From assembly GCA_005888095.1 (NCBI GenBank), contig VBKF01000089.1, forward strand, positions 37,898-101,897: 64,000 bases of DNA, given 5' to 3'. Both the position numbers and the translations under genes were made by a program. Origin of the DNA: Deltaproteobacteria bacterium. GTDB lineage: Bacteria > Desulfobacterota > Binatia > DP-6. Below, in pieces: positions 18,416 through 27,188 of this stretch. The notes beneath the pieces were generated by a model, which did not search any database, was not told the DNA's origin, and saw only the letters and a list, made by a program, of their open reading frames with translations. Position 1 is the stretch's first letter; every line of letters begins with the position of its first letter.

Positions 18416-19377
18416 CGCTCGGCCCGCTCGTAGGCGGTGATGATCTGCTGCACCAGGGGATGGCGGACGACGTCGCGCTCGGTGAAGGTGACGAACTCGA
18501 TACCGGGGATGTCGCGCAGGATCGCCTGCGCCTCCTTGAGCCCCGACAGCTTGCCGGCCGGCAGGTCCACCTGCGTGACGTCGCCCGTGATGACCGCCTT
18601 CGAGCCGTAGCCGAGGCGGGTCAGGAACATCTTCATCTGCTCGGTGGTCGTGTTCTGGGCCTCGTCGAGGATCACGAAGGAGTCGTTCAGGGTGCGGCCG
18701 CGCATGAAGGCGAGCGGCGCGACCTCAATCGTCCCGCGCTCGACCAGCTTGCGGGCGCGGTCGAAGTCGACCATGTCGTGGAGCGCGTCGTAGAGCGGCC
18801 GGAGATACGGGTTCACCTTCTCGGCGAGGTCGCCGGGGAGGAAGCCGAGCTTCTCGCCCGCCTCCACGGCGGGGCGCGTGAGGATGATGCGGGAGAAGCT
18901 GTTCTTCATGAGCTCGGCGACGGCCATCGCCATAGCTAGATACGTTTTCCCGGTGCCCGCTGGCCCTATCCCGAAGACGATGTCGTAGCCGCGGATGGCG
19001 TCGATGTAGGCCTTCTGCGCCACGCTCTTCGGCGTGATCACCCGCTTGTGCGCCGAGATGAAGACCGTGTCGAGGAAGATGTCGCGCAGCTTGGCGTTGC
19101 GGTCGCTCGACAGGATGCGGATCGCGTAGTCCACGTCGGCGGGGTAGATGGGATAGCCCTGCTCGAGGAGGCCGTAGAGCTGGACGAGGACGCGGCTGGC
19201 GAGCTCGGTCTCGATCGGATCGCCGGCCAGGCTGAGCGTCTGGTCGGTGACGTCGATGCGGATGCCGACGTGCCGCTCGAGCGTCTTCAGGTGCTCGTCG
19301 TGCTGGCCGAGCAGCTCGCGGAAGAGCCGCGGGTCGTCGAAGCGGAGGGGGACGGGCGCGGGGCCGGGCTCGGCCAA
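18412..19377 (-). CDS. phoH: PhoH-family ATPase
   Basis: Walker [14 protein letters not shown] and the conserved PhoH core. Start set at TTG 19377 because the longer ORF (to 19494) overlaps the alaS 3' end. Confidence 0.88.
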   Translation of the reverse strand: MAEPGPAPVPLRFDDPRLFRELLGQHDEHLKTLERHVGIRIDVTDQTLSLAGDPIETELASRVLVQLYGLLEQGYPIYPADVDYAIRILSSDRNAKLRDIFLDTVFISAHKRVITPKSVAQKAYIDAIRGYDIVFGIGPAGTGKTYLAMAMAVAELMKNSFSRIILTRPAVEAGEKLGFLPGDLAEKVNPYLRPLYDALHDMVDFDRARKLVERGTIEVAPLAFMRGRTLNDSFVILDEAQNTTTEQMKMFLTRLGYGSKAVITGDVTQVDLPAGKLSGLKEAQAILRDIPGIEFVTFTERDVVRHPLVQQIITAYERAER

Positions 19378-19381
19378 GGGT

Positions 19382-22039
19382 TCAGCGGCCCCCGGCGCCG
19401 AGCAGGTCGTAGGCGGCGGCCAGCGCCTCGTCGAGCCGGGCGGGGTCCTTGCCGCCCGCCTGCGCGAAATCGGGGCGCCCGCCGCCACCCCCACCCACCA
19501 GCGGCGCGAGCTGCTTGATGATGTTGCCGGCGTGGAAGCGGCCGATCAGGTCCTTGGTCACGGCGGCGAGGAGCAACGCCCGCTCGCCCTGCGCCGTGCC
19601 GAGCACGACGACGCCCGACTTGATCCGCTCGCGCAGCCGGTCGGCCATCTCGCGCAGCCCCTTGTCGTCGAGCCCGTCGACGCGCGTCGCCAGAACCGTG
19701 ACGCCGTCGACGCGGCGGGCGTCGGCGAGGACGTCGCGCGTGGCGCCGCCGGCGAGCTTGCCCTGGAGCTCCGCGATGCGCTTCTCGAGATCGCGCTGCT
19801 GCGCGAGGAGCTTCTCGAGCTTCGCCGCCGCTTCCTCCTCCGGGCCACGCAGCAGCGTGGCGACCTCGCGCAGCACCGCCTCGTGGCGGCGGACCAGGTC
19901 GAGCGCGCCCTCGCCGGTCACGGCCTCGAGCCGGCGCACGCCGGCCGCCACCCCCGCCTCGCCGCGCACCTTGAAGAGGCCGATGTCGCCGGTGCGGGCG
20001 ACGTGCGTGCCGCCGCAGAGCTCCACCGAGTAGTCGCCCATGTGCACGACCGTCACCCGGTCGCCGTACTTCTCGCCGAAGAAGGCGAGCGCGCCCGCCT
20101 TGATGGCCTGGTCGTAGGACATCTCCTCGGCCCACACCTCGAGGTTGGCCCGGATCTGGCTGTTCACCTGGTCCTCGATCTCACCGAGCGGCCCCTCGCC
20201 CACCGGACGGGTGTGGCTGAAGTCGAAACGCAGCCGCTCGGGGGTGACGAGCGAGCCCGCCTGGCGGACGTGCGGCCCCAGCTGGCGGCGGAGCGCGGCG
20301 TGCACCAGATGGGTGGCGGAATGGTTGAGGCGCGCCGCCTCGCGCCGGGCGACGTCGATGCGCATGCGGAGGCGGTCGCCGACCGACACCGCCCCCTGCC
20401 GGACGACGCCGCGGTGCGCGACGACCGTCGGGGCGATCCGCTGCGTGTCGAGGACCTCGATGCGCGTCGCGCCGTCGCGCGTCTCGAGCCAGCCACGGTC
20501 ACCGACCTGTCCGCCCGACTCGGCGTAGAAGGGCGTCTCCGCGGTGACCACGTCGACCTCGGCGCCGGCGCCGAGCGGACCGCGCGTCTCACGGCCGGCG
20601 GCCACGAGCGCGAGCACCTCCGACTCCCACTCGACGACGCGGTCGCCGACGAAGCGCGTGCCGAGGCCCGCGGGCGGCGCAATCATCTCGGGCGCTGCCT
20701 CGGCGTCGGCGAAGCGCTTGGCGCCGCGCGCCCGCTGGCGCTGCGCCTCCATGGCGCGCTCGAAGCCCGCGCGGTCGGCGACGAGTCCCTCGGCCGCGAG
20801 GATGTCCTCGGTGAGGTCGAGCGGGAACCCGTAGGTGTCGTAGAGGCGGAACGCCACCTCGCCGGACAGCGTACGGTCGCCCGCGCGGCGGGCCCGCTCG
20901 ACCTCGCTCTCGAGCAGCGCGAGCCCGCGGTCGAGCGTGGCGGCGAACCTCTCCTCCTCGTCCCGCACCACCTCCACGATGCGGCCCTGCCGCTCGACGA
21001 CCTCGGGGTAGGCGCGTCCCATGGTGTGGACCACCGCGGCCACCACCTCGTGCAGGAAGGGCCGGTCGAGCGCGAGGAGCTTGCCGTGGCGCGCCGCGCG
21101 GCGGAGCAGGCGGCGGAGCACGTAGCCGCGGCCCTCGTTCGACGGCAGCACGCCGTCGGTGATGAGGAAGGTGACGGCCCGGCCGTGGTCGGCGATGACC
21201 CTGAGCGAGACGTCGTCCGCGGCGGAGCGTCCGTAGCGCCTGCCCGAGAGCTTCTCCATGCGGGAGATGATGCCGCGCAGCAGGTCGCAGTCGTAGTTGG
21301 TGGAAACGCCCTGCAGCAGCGACGCCACCCGCTCGAGACCCATGCCGGTGTCGACGTGCTTCGCGGGCAGCTCGGTGAGCTTCCCCGCCTCGTCCCGGTT
21401 GTACTGGATGAAGACCAGGTTCCAGATCTCGATGAAGCGCGCGCAGCCGGCGTTCACGCCGCAGCGGTGTGCCGGGTCGGCGCGGTGGTCGCAGGCGTCG
21501 GGACCGCGATCGATGTGGACCTCCGAGCAAGGCCCGCACGGGCCCGTCTCGCCCATCTCCCAGAAGTTCTCGGCGTCGAAGCGCAGCACCCGCGCCCCGT
21601 CGACGTCGGTCACCTGCGTCCACAGCGCCGCCGCCTCGTCGTCGGTCGTGTGCACCGTCGCCCAGAGCGCGGTCTTCGGGAGCTTCCAGACGCGGGTCAG
21701 GAGCTCCCACGCCCACGCGATCGCCTCGCGCTTGTAATAGTCGCCGAACGACCAGTTACCGAGCATCTCGAAGAAGGTGTGGTGGTACGTGTCGCGCCCC
21801 ACCTGCTCGAGGTCGTTGTGCTTGCCGCTGATGCGGAGGCACTTCTGCGCGTCGGCGGCACGCGTGTAGGGCCGCCGCTCCTTGCCGAGGAACACCTGCT
21901 TGAACTGCACCATGCCGGCGTTGACGAAGAGCAGGCTCGGATCGTCCTCGGGGACGAGCGGGGCGCTCGGGACGACGGTGTGGCCGCGCTCCCGGAAAAA
22001 GTCCAGGAAGCCTTGGCGGATCTCGTCGCCGGTCACCAC
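19382..22039 (-). CDS. alaS: Alanine--tRNA ligase
   Basis: 885 aa. N-terminus FLDFFRERGHTVVPSAPLVP...FVNAGM, editing-domain motif HSATHLVH, and a C-terminal DHHA1-like GGGGGRPDFAQAGG. Confidence 0.97.
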   Translation of the reverse strand: MVTGDEIRQGFLDFFRERGHTVVPSAPLVPEDDPSLLFVNAGMVQFKQVFLGKERRPYTRAADAQKCLRISGKHNDLEQVGRDTYHHTFFEMLGNWSFGDYYKREAIAWAWELLTRVWKLPKTALWATVHTTDDEAAALWTQVTDVDGARVLRFDAENFWEMGETGPCGPCSEVHIDRGPDACDHRADPAHRCGVNAGCARFIEIWNLVFIQYNRDEAGKLTELPAKHVDTGMGLERVASLLQGVSTNYDCDLLRGIISRMEKLSGRRYGRSAADDVSLRVIADHGRAVTFLITDGVLPSNEGRGYVLRRLLRRAARHGKLLALDRPFLHEVVAAVVHTMGRAYPEVVERQGRIVEVVRDEEERFAATLDRGLALLESEVERARRAGDRTLSGEVAFRLYDTYGFPLDLTEDILAAEGLVADRAGFERAMEAQRQRARGAKRFADAEAAPEMIAPPAGLGTRFVGDRVVEWESEVLALVAAGRETRGPLGAGAEVDVVTAETPFYAESGGQVGDRGWLETRDGATRIEVLDTQRIAPTVVAHRGVVRQGAVSVGDRLRMRIDVARREAARLNHSATHLVHAALRRQLGPHVRQAGSLVTPERLRFDFSHTRPVGEGPLGEIEDQVNSQIRANLEVWAEEMSYDQAIKAGALAFFGEKYGDRVTVVHMGDYSVELCGGTHVARTGDIGLFKVRGEAGVAAGVRRLEAVTGEGALDLVRRHEAVLREVATLLRGPEEEAAAKLEKLLAQQRDLEKRIAELQGKLAGGATRDVLADARRVDGVTVLATRVDGLDDKGLREMADRLRERIKSGVVVLGTAQGERALLLAAVTKDLIGRFHAGNIIKQLAPLVGGGGGGRPDFAQAGGKDPARLDEALAAAYDLLGAGGR

Positions 22040-22130
22040 CGCCTGTTTTTACCGGCTCGGTTCCGGACCGGCAACCCGCGTCGCCGCCCGCGAATATAGG
22101 CCGCGTCGAGCCGCAGCCTCGGCTACCAGC

Positions 22131-22982
22131 TCACCTGAACGGGCGCGGCGGCCACCACGGGTAGAACCCGGGGAGATCCGCGCTCGGCCGGAGCGTGAAG
22201 CGCGCCGGGCGCTTCTCGAGGAAGGCGGCCACCCCCTCGCGGGCGTCGGCCGAGCTGCCCATCCAGTAGATGGCTCTCGAGTCGACCTGGTGCGCCTCCA
22301 TGGGATGGTCGGCGCCGAGCATGCGCCAGAGGAGCTGCCGGGAGAGGGCGACGGAGACCGCGGAGGTGTTGTCGGCGATCTCTCGGGCCAGCCCACGCGC
22401 CGTCGCGAGCAGGTCCGCGGGCGGCACGATGCGGCTCACGAGCCCTCCGGCAAGCGCCTCCTCGGCGGAGAAGATGCGTCCCGTGTACACCCACTCGGCC
22501 GCGCGGCTGATGCCGACGACGCGCGGGAGGAACCAGCTGCTGCACGCCTCGGGGACGATGCCGCGGCGGGCGAAGACGAAGCCCATGCGCGCCGCCGTCG
22601 AAGCCAGGCGCACGTCCATCGGCAGGGTCATCGTGATCCCCACGCCGACGGCCGGGCCGTTGATCGCGGCGATGATCGGCTTCTTCGACTCGAAGATGCG
22701 CAGCGCCACGAGGCCGCCGCCGTCGCGGTGCGTCTCGAGCGTGTCGCGGGCCGTGTTGTCGAAGGTCCCGCCGCCTCCCGAGAGGTCCGCGCCGGCGCAG
22801 AACGCGCGCCCCGCGCCGGTCACGATGACGGCGCGCACGGCGTCGTCCGCGTCGGCCCGATCGAAGGCGTCGATCAGCTCGCGCATCATCGTCGGCGTGA
22901 AGGCGTTCAGCTTCTCGGGCCGATCGAGCGTGATCGTCAGCACCCCGTCGACCACCTCGTGGAGGATCTGCTCGTAGGCCAT
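22131..22982 (-). CDS. Enoyl-CoA hydratase/isomerase (crotonase) family protein
   Basis: LTITLDRPEKLNAF, VIVTGAGRAFCAGADLS, AAINGPAVGVG. Confidence 0.9.
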   Translation of the reverse strand: MAYEQILHEVVDGVLTITLDRPEKLNAFTPTMMRELIDAFDRADADDAVRAVIVTGAGRAFCAGADLSGGGGTFDNTARDTLETHRDGGGLVALRIFESKKPIIAAINGPAVGVGITMTLPMDVRLASTAARMGFVFARRGIVPEACSSWFLPRVVGISRAAEWVYTGRIFSAEEALAGGLVSRIVPPADLLATARGLAREIADNTSAVSVALSRQLLWRMLGADHPMEAHQVDSRAIYWMGSSADAREGVAAFLEKRPARFTLRPSADLPGFYPWWPPRPFR

Positions 22983-22991
22983 CGCCGTCCC

Positions 22992-23177
22992 TCAGGCGCC
23001 CGGCAGGCGCCGCAGCTCGAAGTCGAGATACTCGGCGCTGCCGCCGTCATCGAGCGCGAGGGTATAGCGCCAGGCGCCGTTCGAGGCGATCAGCGCCGCC
23101 GCCACCACCCGACCGCGACGGCCGCCCGGCGCCTCCACCCGGTCTCCGATCGCGAGACGGCCCGCAGGCGGTTGCAT
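22992..23177 (-). CDS. Small hypothetical protein (61 aa)
   Basis: Packed between the lipoprotein stop (6-nt gap) and the crotonase start (9-nt gap). GC3 is mostly G/C. No recognised family. Confidence 0.4.
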   Translation of the reverse strand: MQPPAGRLAIGDRVEAPGGRRGRVVAAALIASNGAWRYTLALDDGGSAEYLDFELRRLPGA

Positions 23178-23183
23178 GCGCGC

Positions 23184-23579
23184 CTATCGCCCGATCGCCA
23201 CCACGTGGTACGTGCGCACCGCGGGGTCGTTGGGCAGACGTACGACGAAGGTGGCGGAGGTGCCGGGGGCGATCGCCTGGGGAGTCGGCAGCGTGTCGAC
23301 GGAGACGACGCGCGTGCCGTCCGAATCGAGTCCCTCGACCGACACCTTGACGTCGCGGCTCGGCCGCGAGCCGACGTTGCGTACCGTGCCTTCGACGAAC
23401 ACCGCGGCGCCGTCGGCGGTCGCCGTCTCCTTGATCGGACCGATCTGGAACTCCGCCGTGGTGGACGGGGCGAGCGACTCCTCGGTGAGCGGCGGGGGGG
23501 GCGGGGGAGCGGGCGGCGGAGGCGGCGCCTGGCGCGCGCAGCCGAGGGCGAGCGCCGCACCGGCGAGCGGGAGACGCAC
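23184..23579 (-). CDS. Putative lipoprotein with a Pro-rich linker and a beta-sandwich-like C-terminal domain
   Basis: GTG 23579 gives VRLPLAGAALALGC (lipobox LALGC), then PPPPPAPPPPPP, then alternating beta-strand-like sequence. The longer ORF overlaps the MaoC gene. Confidence 0.6.
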   Translation of the reverse strand: MRLPLAGAALALGCARQAPPPPPAPPPPPPLTEESLAPSTTAEFQIGPIKETATADGAAVFVEGTVRNVGSRPSRDVKVSVEGLDSDGTRVVSVDTLPTPQAIAPGTSATFVVRLPNDPAVRTYHVVAIGR

Positions 23580-23584
23580 TCTCC

Positions 23585-24418
23585 TCAGCTGGCGACCTCG
23601 GCGGCCGCGCCGGTCAGCACCGCCTCGCCCCGCTCGGTCTTCGCCGTCAGGACGATCCGCCCCGGAGAGACCTCCCACATGTCGGTGGTGATCGTCTCGC
23701 CGGGGTAGACGACCCCGGAGAAGCGGACCTCGAAGGACTTGAGACGCGCGGGGTCGTTCCCGCACCAGGCGCGCAGGACCGCACGGCCGGCGAAGCCGAA
23801 GGTGCAGAGCCCGTGCAGGATCGGCCGCTCGTAGCCGGCCATGCGGGCGAACTCGGGGTCGGCGTGCAGCGGGTTCATGTCGCCCGAGAGCCGGTAGAGC
23901 AGCGCCTGCTCGGGCCGCGTCGCCATGGCGATCGACTTGTCGGGCGGCCGGTTCGGAGGCACGTTGCGCGGGCCGCTCGGGCCACGCTCGCCGCCGAAGC
24001 CGCCCTCGCCGCGCGCGAAGATGCCCGAGGTGTTCCGGAAGAGGAGACGGCCCTTCTCGTCGACGCTCTCGGTCTCGACGAGCACGAGCGCGCCCTTGCC
24101 CTTGTCGTACATCGCCTTGATGGTGGGGGTGGTGGTGATCCTGCCGCTGGTGGGGATCGGCGCGTGCAGCTCGATGCGCTGCTCGCCGTGCAGCACCATC
24201 ACGGGGTTCACCTCCATGGCGCCGCCGAGGTTCAGCATGGCGGGGAACGCCGGGATGACCGCGAAGGTCGGCAGCACCTTCAAGTCGCGCTGGTAGACGA
24301 ACTGGAGGTCGTCCGGCCCGGCGCCGACGCCGAGCGCGTAGAGCATCACGTCGCGCTCGTCGTAGGTGTGGGTGACGGCCTCCATGCGCTTCCCGACGTA
24401 GGAAAGGTTGACCGGCAT
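23585..24418 (-). CDS. MaoC-like (R)-specific enoyl-CoA hydratase/dehydratase, double hot-dog
   Basis: Resembles the hydratase-2 architecture: N-terminal DERDVMLYALGVGA and C-terminal YRLSGDMNPLHADPEFA...ILHGLCTFG. Start taken at ATG 24418 (MPVNLSYVGK). Confidence 0.85.
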   Translation of the reverse strand: MPVNLSYVGKRMEAVTHTYDERDVMLYALGVGAGPDDLQFVYQRDLKVLPTFAVIPAFPAMLNLGGAMEVNPVMVLHGEQRIELHAPIPTSGRITTTPTIKAMYDKGKGALVLVETESVDEKGRLLFRNTSGIFARGEGGFGGERGPSGPRNVPPNRPPDKSIAMATRPEQALLYRLSGDMNPLHADPEFARMAGYERPILHGLCTFGFAGRAVLRAWCGNDPARLKSFEVRFSGVVYPGETITTDMWEVSPGRIVLTAKTERGEAVLTGAAAEVAS

Positions 24419-24473
24419 GCCGCGAAACTCACACCGATTGACGGGGCAGGTCAAGGGGACTTACAAGCCGCGC

Positions 24474-25229
24474 GTGTCCGGCGCACTCGTCGGCCGAACG
24501 GTGATGGTCACGGGCGCGTCGAGCGGCATCGGCGCGGCCACGGCGCGCGCGCTCGCCGAGGCGGGCGCCGCTGTCGTCCTCGGCGCGCGGAGGATGGACC
24601 GGCTCGAGGCGCTCGCCGCCGAGCTCGGCGGCCGTGGCGCCGCGGTCGCCGTCGCGGCCACCGACATGCGCCGCGAGGCCGACGTGGTCCGTCTGTTCGC
24701 GCTGGCGCGCGACCGCTTCGGCGGCGTCGACGTGCTCGTGAACGCCGCCGGCCTCGGGCGGCGCGCGCCGCTCGCCTCGGCGCCGACCGAGCTCTGGCGC
24801 GAGATGCTCGAGGTGAACGTGCTCGGGCTCGCGATCGCGACGCGCGAGGCGATCCAGGACATGGAGCGGCGCGGGGTGGCCGGCCACGTCGTGCACGTGT
24901 CCTCGATGGCCGCGCATCGCATCCCGAGTCCCGACGCCGCCATGTATGCGGCGACCAAGTTCGCGGTGCGTGCGCTGACCGAGGGGCTCCGCCAGGAGCT
25001 CCGCGCCCGCCAGAGCCCGATCCGCGTCTCGGCCGTGTCACCGGGTCACGTCGAGACGGAGTTCGCCGAGGTCTTTGCCGGCCGTCCGGAAGCCGCGGCC
25101 GAGACGTACGGCCGCTTCAAGGTGCTCGAGGCGCGCGACGTGGCGGCGGCGATCGTCTGGATCCTCAGCCAGCCGCCCCACGTCGAGGTGCACGACGTCC
25201 TCGTGCGTCCGACGGCGCAGCGGAATTAG
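24474..25229 (+). CDS. Short-chain dehydrogenase/reductase (SDR)
   Basis: TGASSGIG cofactor motif and catalytic YAATKFAVRAL. Start set at GTG 24474, which gives ~251 aa. Confidence 0.9.
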   Translation: MSGALVGRTVMVTGASSGIGAATARALAEAGAAVVLGARRMDRLEALAAELGGRGAAVAVAATDMRREADVVRLFALARDRFGGVDVLVNAAGLGRRAPLASAPTELWREMLEVNVLGLAIATREAIQDMERRGVAGHVVHVSSMAAHRIPSPDAAMYAATKFAVRALTEGLRQELRARQSPIRVSAVSPGHVETEFAEVFAGRPEAAAETYGRFKVLEARDVAAAIVWILSQPPHVEVHDVLVRPTAQRN

Positions 25230-25233
25230 ATCA

Positions 25234-25256
25234 GCGAGGGGCTCCCCGCCCCTCGC
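25234..25256 (+). terminator. Stem-loop just after the SDR stop (8-bp GC stem, 7-nt loop, no U tract)
   Basis: GCGAGGGG-CTCCCCG-CCCCTCGC begins 5 nt after TAG 25227-25229. Confidence 0.3.
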
Positions 25257-25513
25257 CCCGGCGGGTGAAGCCCGGGTCCTCACTCCTCGCTCGCTTCGCT
25301 CGGCCGCGCGCGCAGCGCGCGCGGAGATCCGGTCTCGAATGGGCGGTTGCGCTCCTCGCCGAGCGCCTCCATCTCTAACTTGGCCAGGATCTTGCCCGCA
25401 ACCGTCGGCGCGCCGGCGCTCGCCGCGGGGGGAGATGATCCCATCTTCACCAGAGCACGGCGGCGGGCAAAGCGGTATTGAAGACTGTCTCCGAAAGGCA
25501 CTGACTGAGGACC

Positions 25514-26017
25514 ATGGCAGGTTGCGGTGGGACCGTTACCCAGCCACTTCCGCTCCTCGACCTCGTCGAGCCCCCGGCCGTGGCTCCCGGCGACTCCACG
25601 AAGGTGCTCCCTTCGCTCCGGGGCCTCTCGGTCCTTGTCGTGGACGATGCCCTCGATGCCCGCGATTCGCTCGCCATGTTCCTCGAGGAGTGCGGCGCCC
25701 GCGTCACCGCCGTCGCCTCCGCCGCGGAAGCCCTCGAGGCGCTCCCGCTCGCTCGACCGGACGTCCTGGTGAGCGACCTCGCGATGCCGGGCATCGACGG
25801 CTACGGCCTCCTCGCACGCATGCGTGAGCTCGAGGCAGGCGGCGCGCGGCCCGTGCCGGCGCTCGCGCTCAGCGGCCACGCCCGCCCGCAGGATCGCGAG
25901 CGCACGCTGGCGGCCGGGTTCCAGGCCCACATGGCGAAGCCGGCGGAGCCCGCGGAGCTGGCGTCGGCGGTGGCGCGCCTCGCCGCGAGGGGCCGCCTCG
26001 CCCGCACGGGCACCTGA
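25514..26017 (+). CDS. Stand-alone response-regulator receiver domain protein
   Basis: LVVDDALDARD...VLVSDLAMPGIDG...ALSGHA...AHMAKP (receiver D, D, T/S, K positions), preceded by a ~37-aa non-receiver N-terminal extension. No output domain. Confidence 0.85.
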   Translation: MAGCGGTVTQPLPLLDLVEPPAVAPGDSTKVLPSLRGLSVLVVDDALDARDSLAMFLEECGARVTAVASAAEALEALPLARPDVLVSDLAMPGIDGYGLLARMRELEAGGARPVPALALSGHARPQDRERTLAAGFQAHMAKPAEPAELASAVARLAARGRLARTGT

Positions 26018-26051
26018 CCCGAGGAGGCGCCGGGAGCCCGGTGGCGGTCGA

Positions 26052-27188
26052 TCAGTATCGATCGATTTGGGCGAGCCGCTCGCGATGGTGGTCCGGGTCT
26101 CCGAACGCCACCCGGTTCCAGCGCGCCCGTTTGAACCAGAGGTGCAGGTCGTGCTCCCAGGTGAAGCCGACGCCGCCGTGCATCTCGACCGCCCGACGGG
26201 CGGCGCGGGCGTAGACGTCGCCGAGCCGCGCCTTGGCGACGGTCGCGGCCCGCGCCGCCTCGCGTGGCCGGTGGTCGAACGCGTAGGCCGCGTACCAGAC
26301 CAGCGAGCGGGCCGGCTCGACCTCGGCGACCACCTCCGCCGCCATGTGCTTGACCGCCTGGAACGAGCCGATCTTGCGGCCGAACTGCTCCCGCGTCTTC
26401 GAGTACTCGACCGCCATCTCGAGAGCGCGCTCGGCGCCGCCGAGGCTGTCGGCCGCGATGCCGATGGCGCCGAGGTCGAGCAGGCGCTCGAGGAGCGGCC
26501 AGGCCTTTCCCTCCCCGCCGAGCAGCGCGCCGCGCGGCACCGCGACGTCGCGCAGCGTCACCTCCCCCACCCGGCGCGTCAGGTCGATCGTCTCCTCGGG
26601 CCGCACGCGCACACCGGCAGCCTTGCGCGGCACCAGGAAGAGCGACACGCCCGCCGGGCCGGCGCCCGCTCGCGTCCGCGCCGCCACCAGGAAGAGGTCG
26701 GCGCCCGGGGCGTCGAGCACGAAGAGCTTGGCGCCGGCCAGGGCGTAGCCGTCGCGCGTTCGGCGCGCGCGCAGCGTGACGCCGCCGGCGTCGTGACGAT
26801 CGCTCTCCTCGAGGTAGGCAAGGCTCGCGAAGGCCCGGCCCGCAACCAGACCGGGTAGCCATGCTCGCCGCTGGTCGGCGCTGCCGGCGCGCACGAGGGC
26901 TGCGATCACGAGCTGGGTCGAGAGGAACGGGCCCGGCGCCGCGACGCGGCCGAGCTCCTCGAGGACCACGGCGAGCTCGAGCGTCCCGAGCCCGAGGCCC
27001 CCCTGCGCCTCCGGCACGACGAGCCCCATCCAGCCGAGCTCCGCCATCTTGGCGTACAGCCCGCGCGGCACGCCGTCGGGCTGCTTGGCCGTGTCGCGCA
27101 CGACCGAGGGCGGGCACTCCGCGGCGAGGAACTCGCGCGCCGCGCGCTGGAGGGCATCCTGGTCTTCGGAGAGTCCGAAGTCGATCAC
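26052..27188 (-). CDS. Acyl-CoA dehydrogenase family protein, second of an overlapping pair
   Basis: GTG 27188 (VIDFGLSEDQ) overlaps the upstream ACAD stop (GTGA). ACAD N-terminal, middle and C-terminal domain pattern (FQAVKHMAAE...). No YEGT-type catalytic motif. Confidence 0.9.
   Translation of the reverse strand: MIDFGLSEDQDALQRAAREFLAAECPPSVVRDTAKQPDGVPRGLYAKMAELGWMGLVVPEAQGGLGLGTLELAVVLEELGRVAAPGPFLSTQLVIAALVRAGSADQRRAWLPGLVAGRAFASLAYLEESDRHDAGGVTLRARRTRDGYALAGAKLFVLDAPGADLFLVAARTRAGAGPAGVSLFLVPRKAAGVRVRPEETIDLTRRVGEVTLRDVAVPRGALLGGEGKAWPLLERLLDLGAIGIAADSLGGAERALEMAVEYSKTREQFGRKIGSFQAVKHMAAEVVAEVEPARSLVWYAAYAFDHRPREAARAATVAKARLGDVYARAARRAVEMHGGVGFTWEHDLHLWFKRARWNRVAFGDPDHHRERLAQIDRY

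Noticed and set aside
23488-23502. G8 homopolymer inside the lipoprotein gene (encodes part of PPPPPAPPPPPP) as a phase-variation tract
   Set aside because: The tract is short, and Pro-linker coding in a GC-rich genome explains it naturally. There is no evidence of length variation from a single sequence.
25280-25447. 55-codon minus-strand ORF (MGSSPPAASAGAPTVAGKILAKLEMEALGEERNRPFETGSPRALRARPSEASEE) in the SDR/response-regulator intergenic region
   Set aside because: It has no SD sequence, no recognisable family and a low-complexity tail. It may be a gene remnant, but there is not enough support to call it a CDS.
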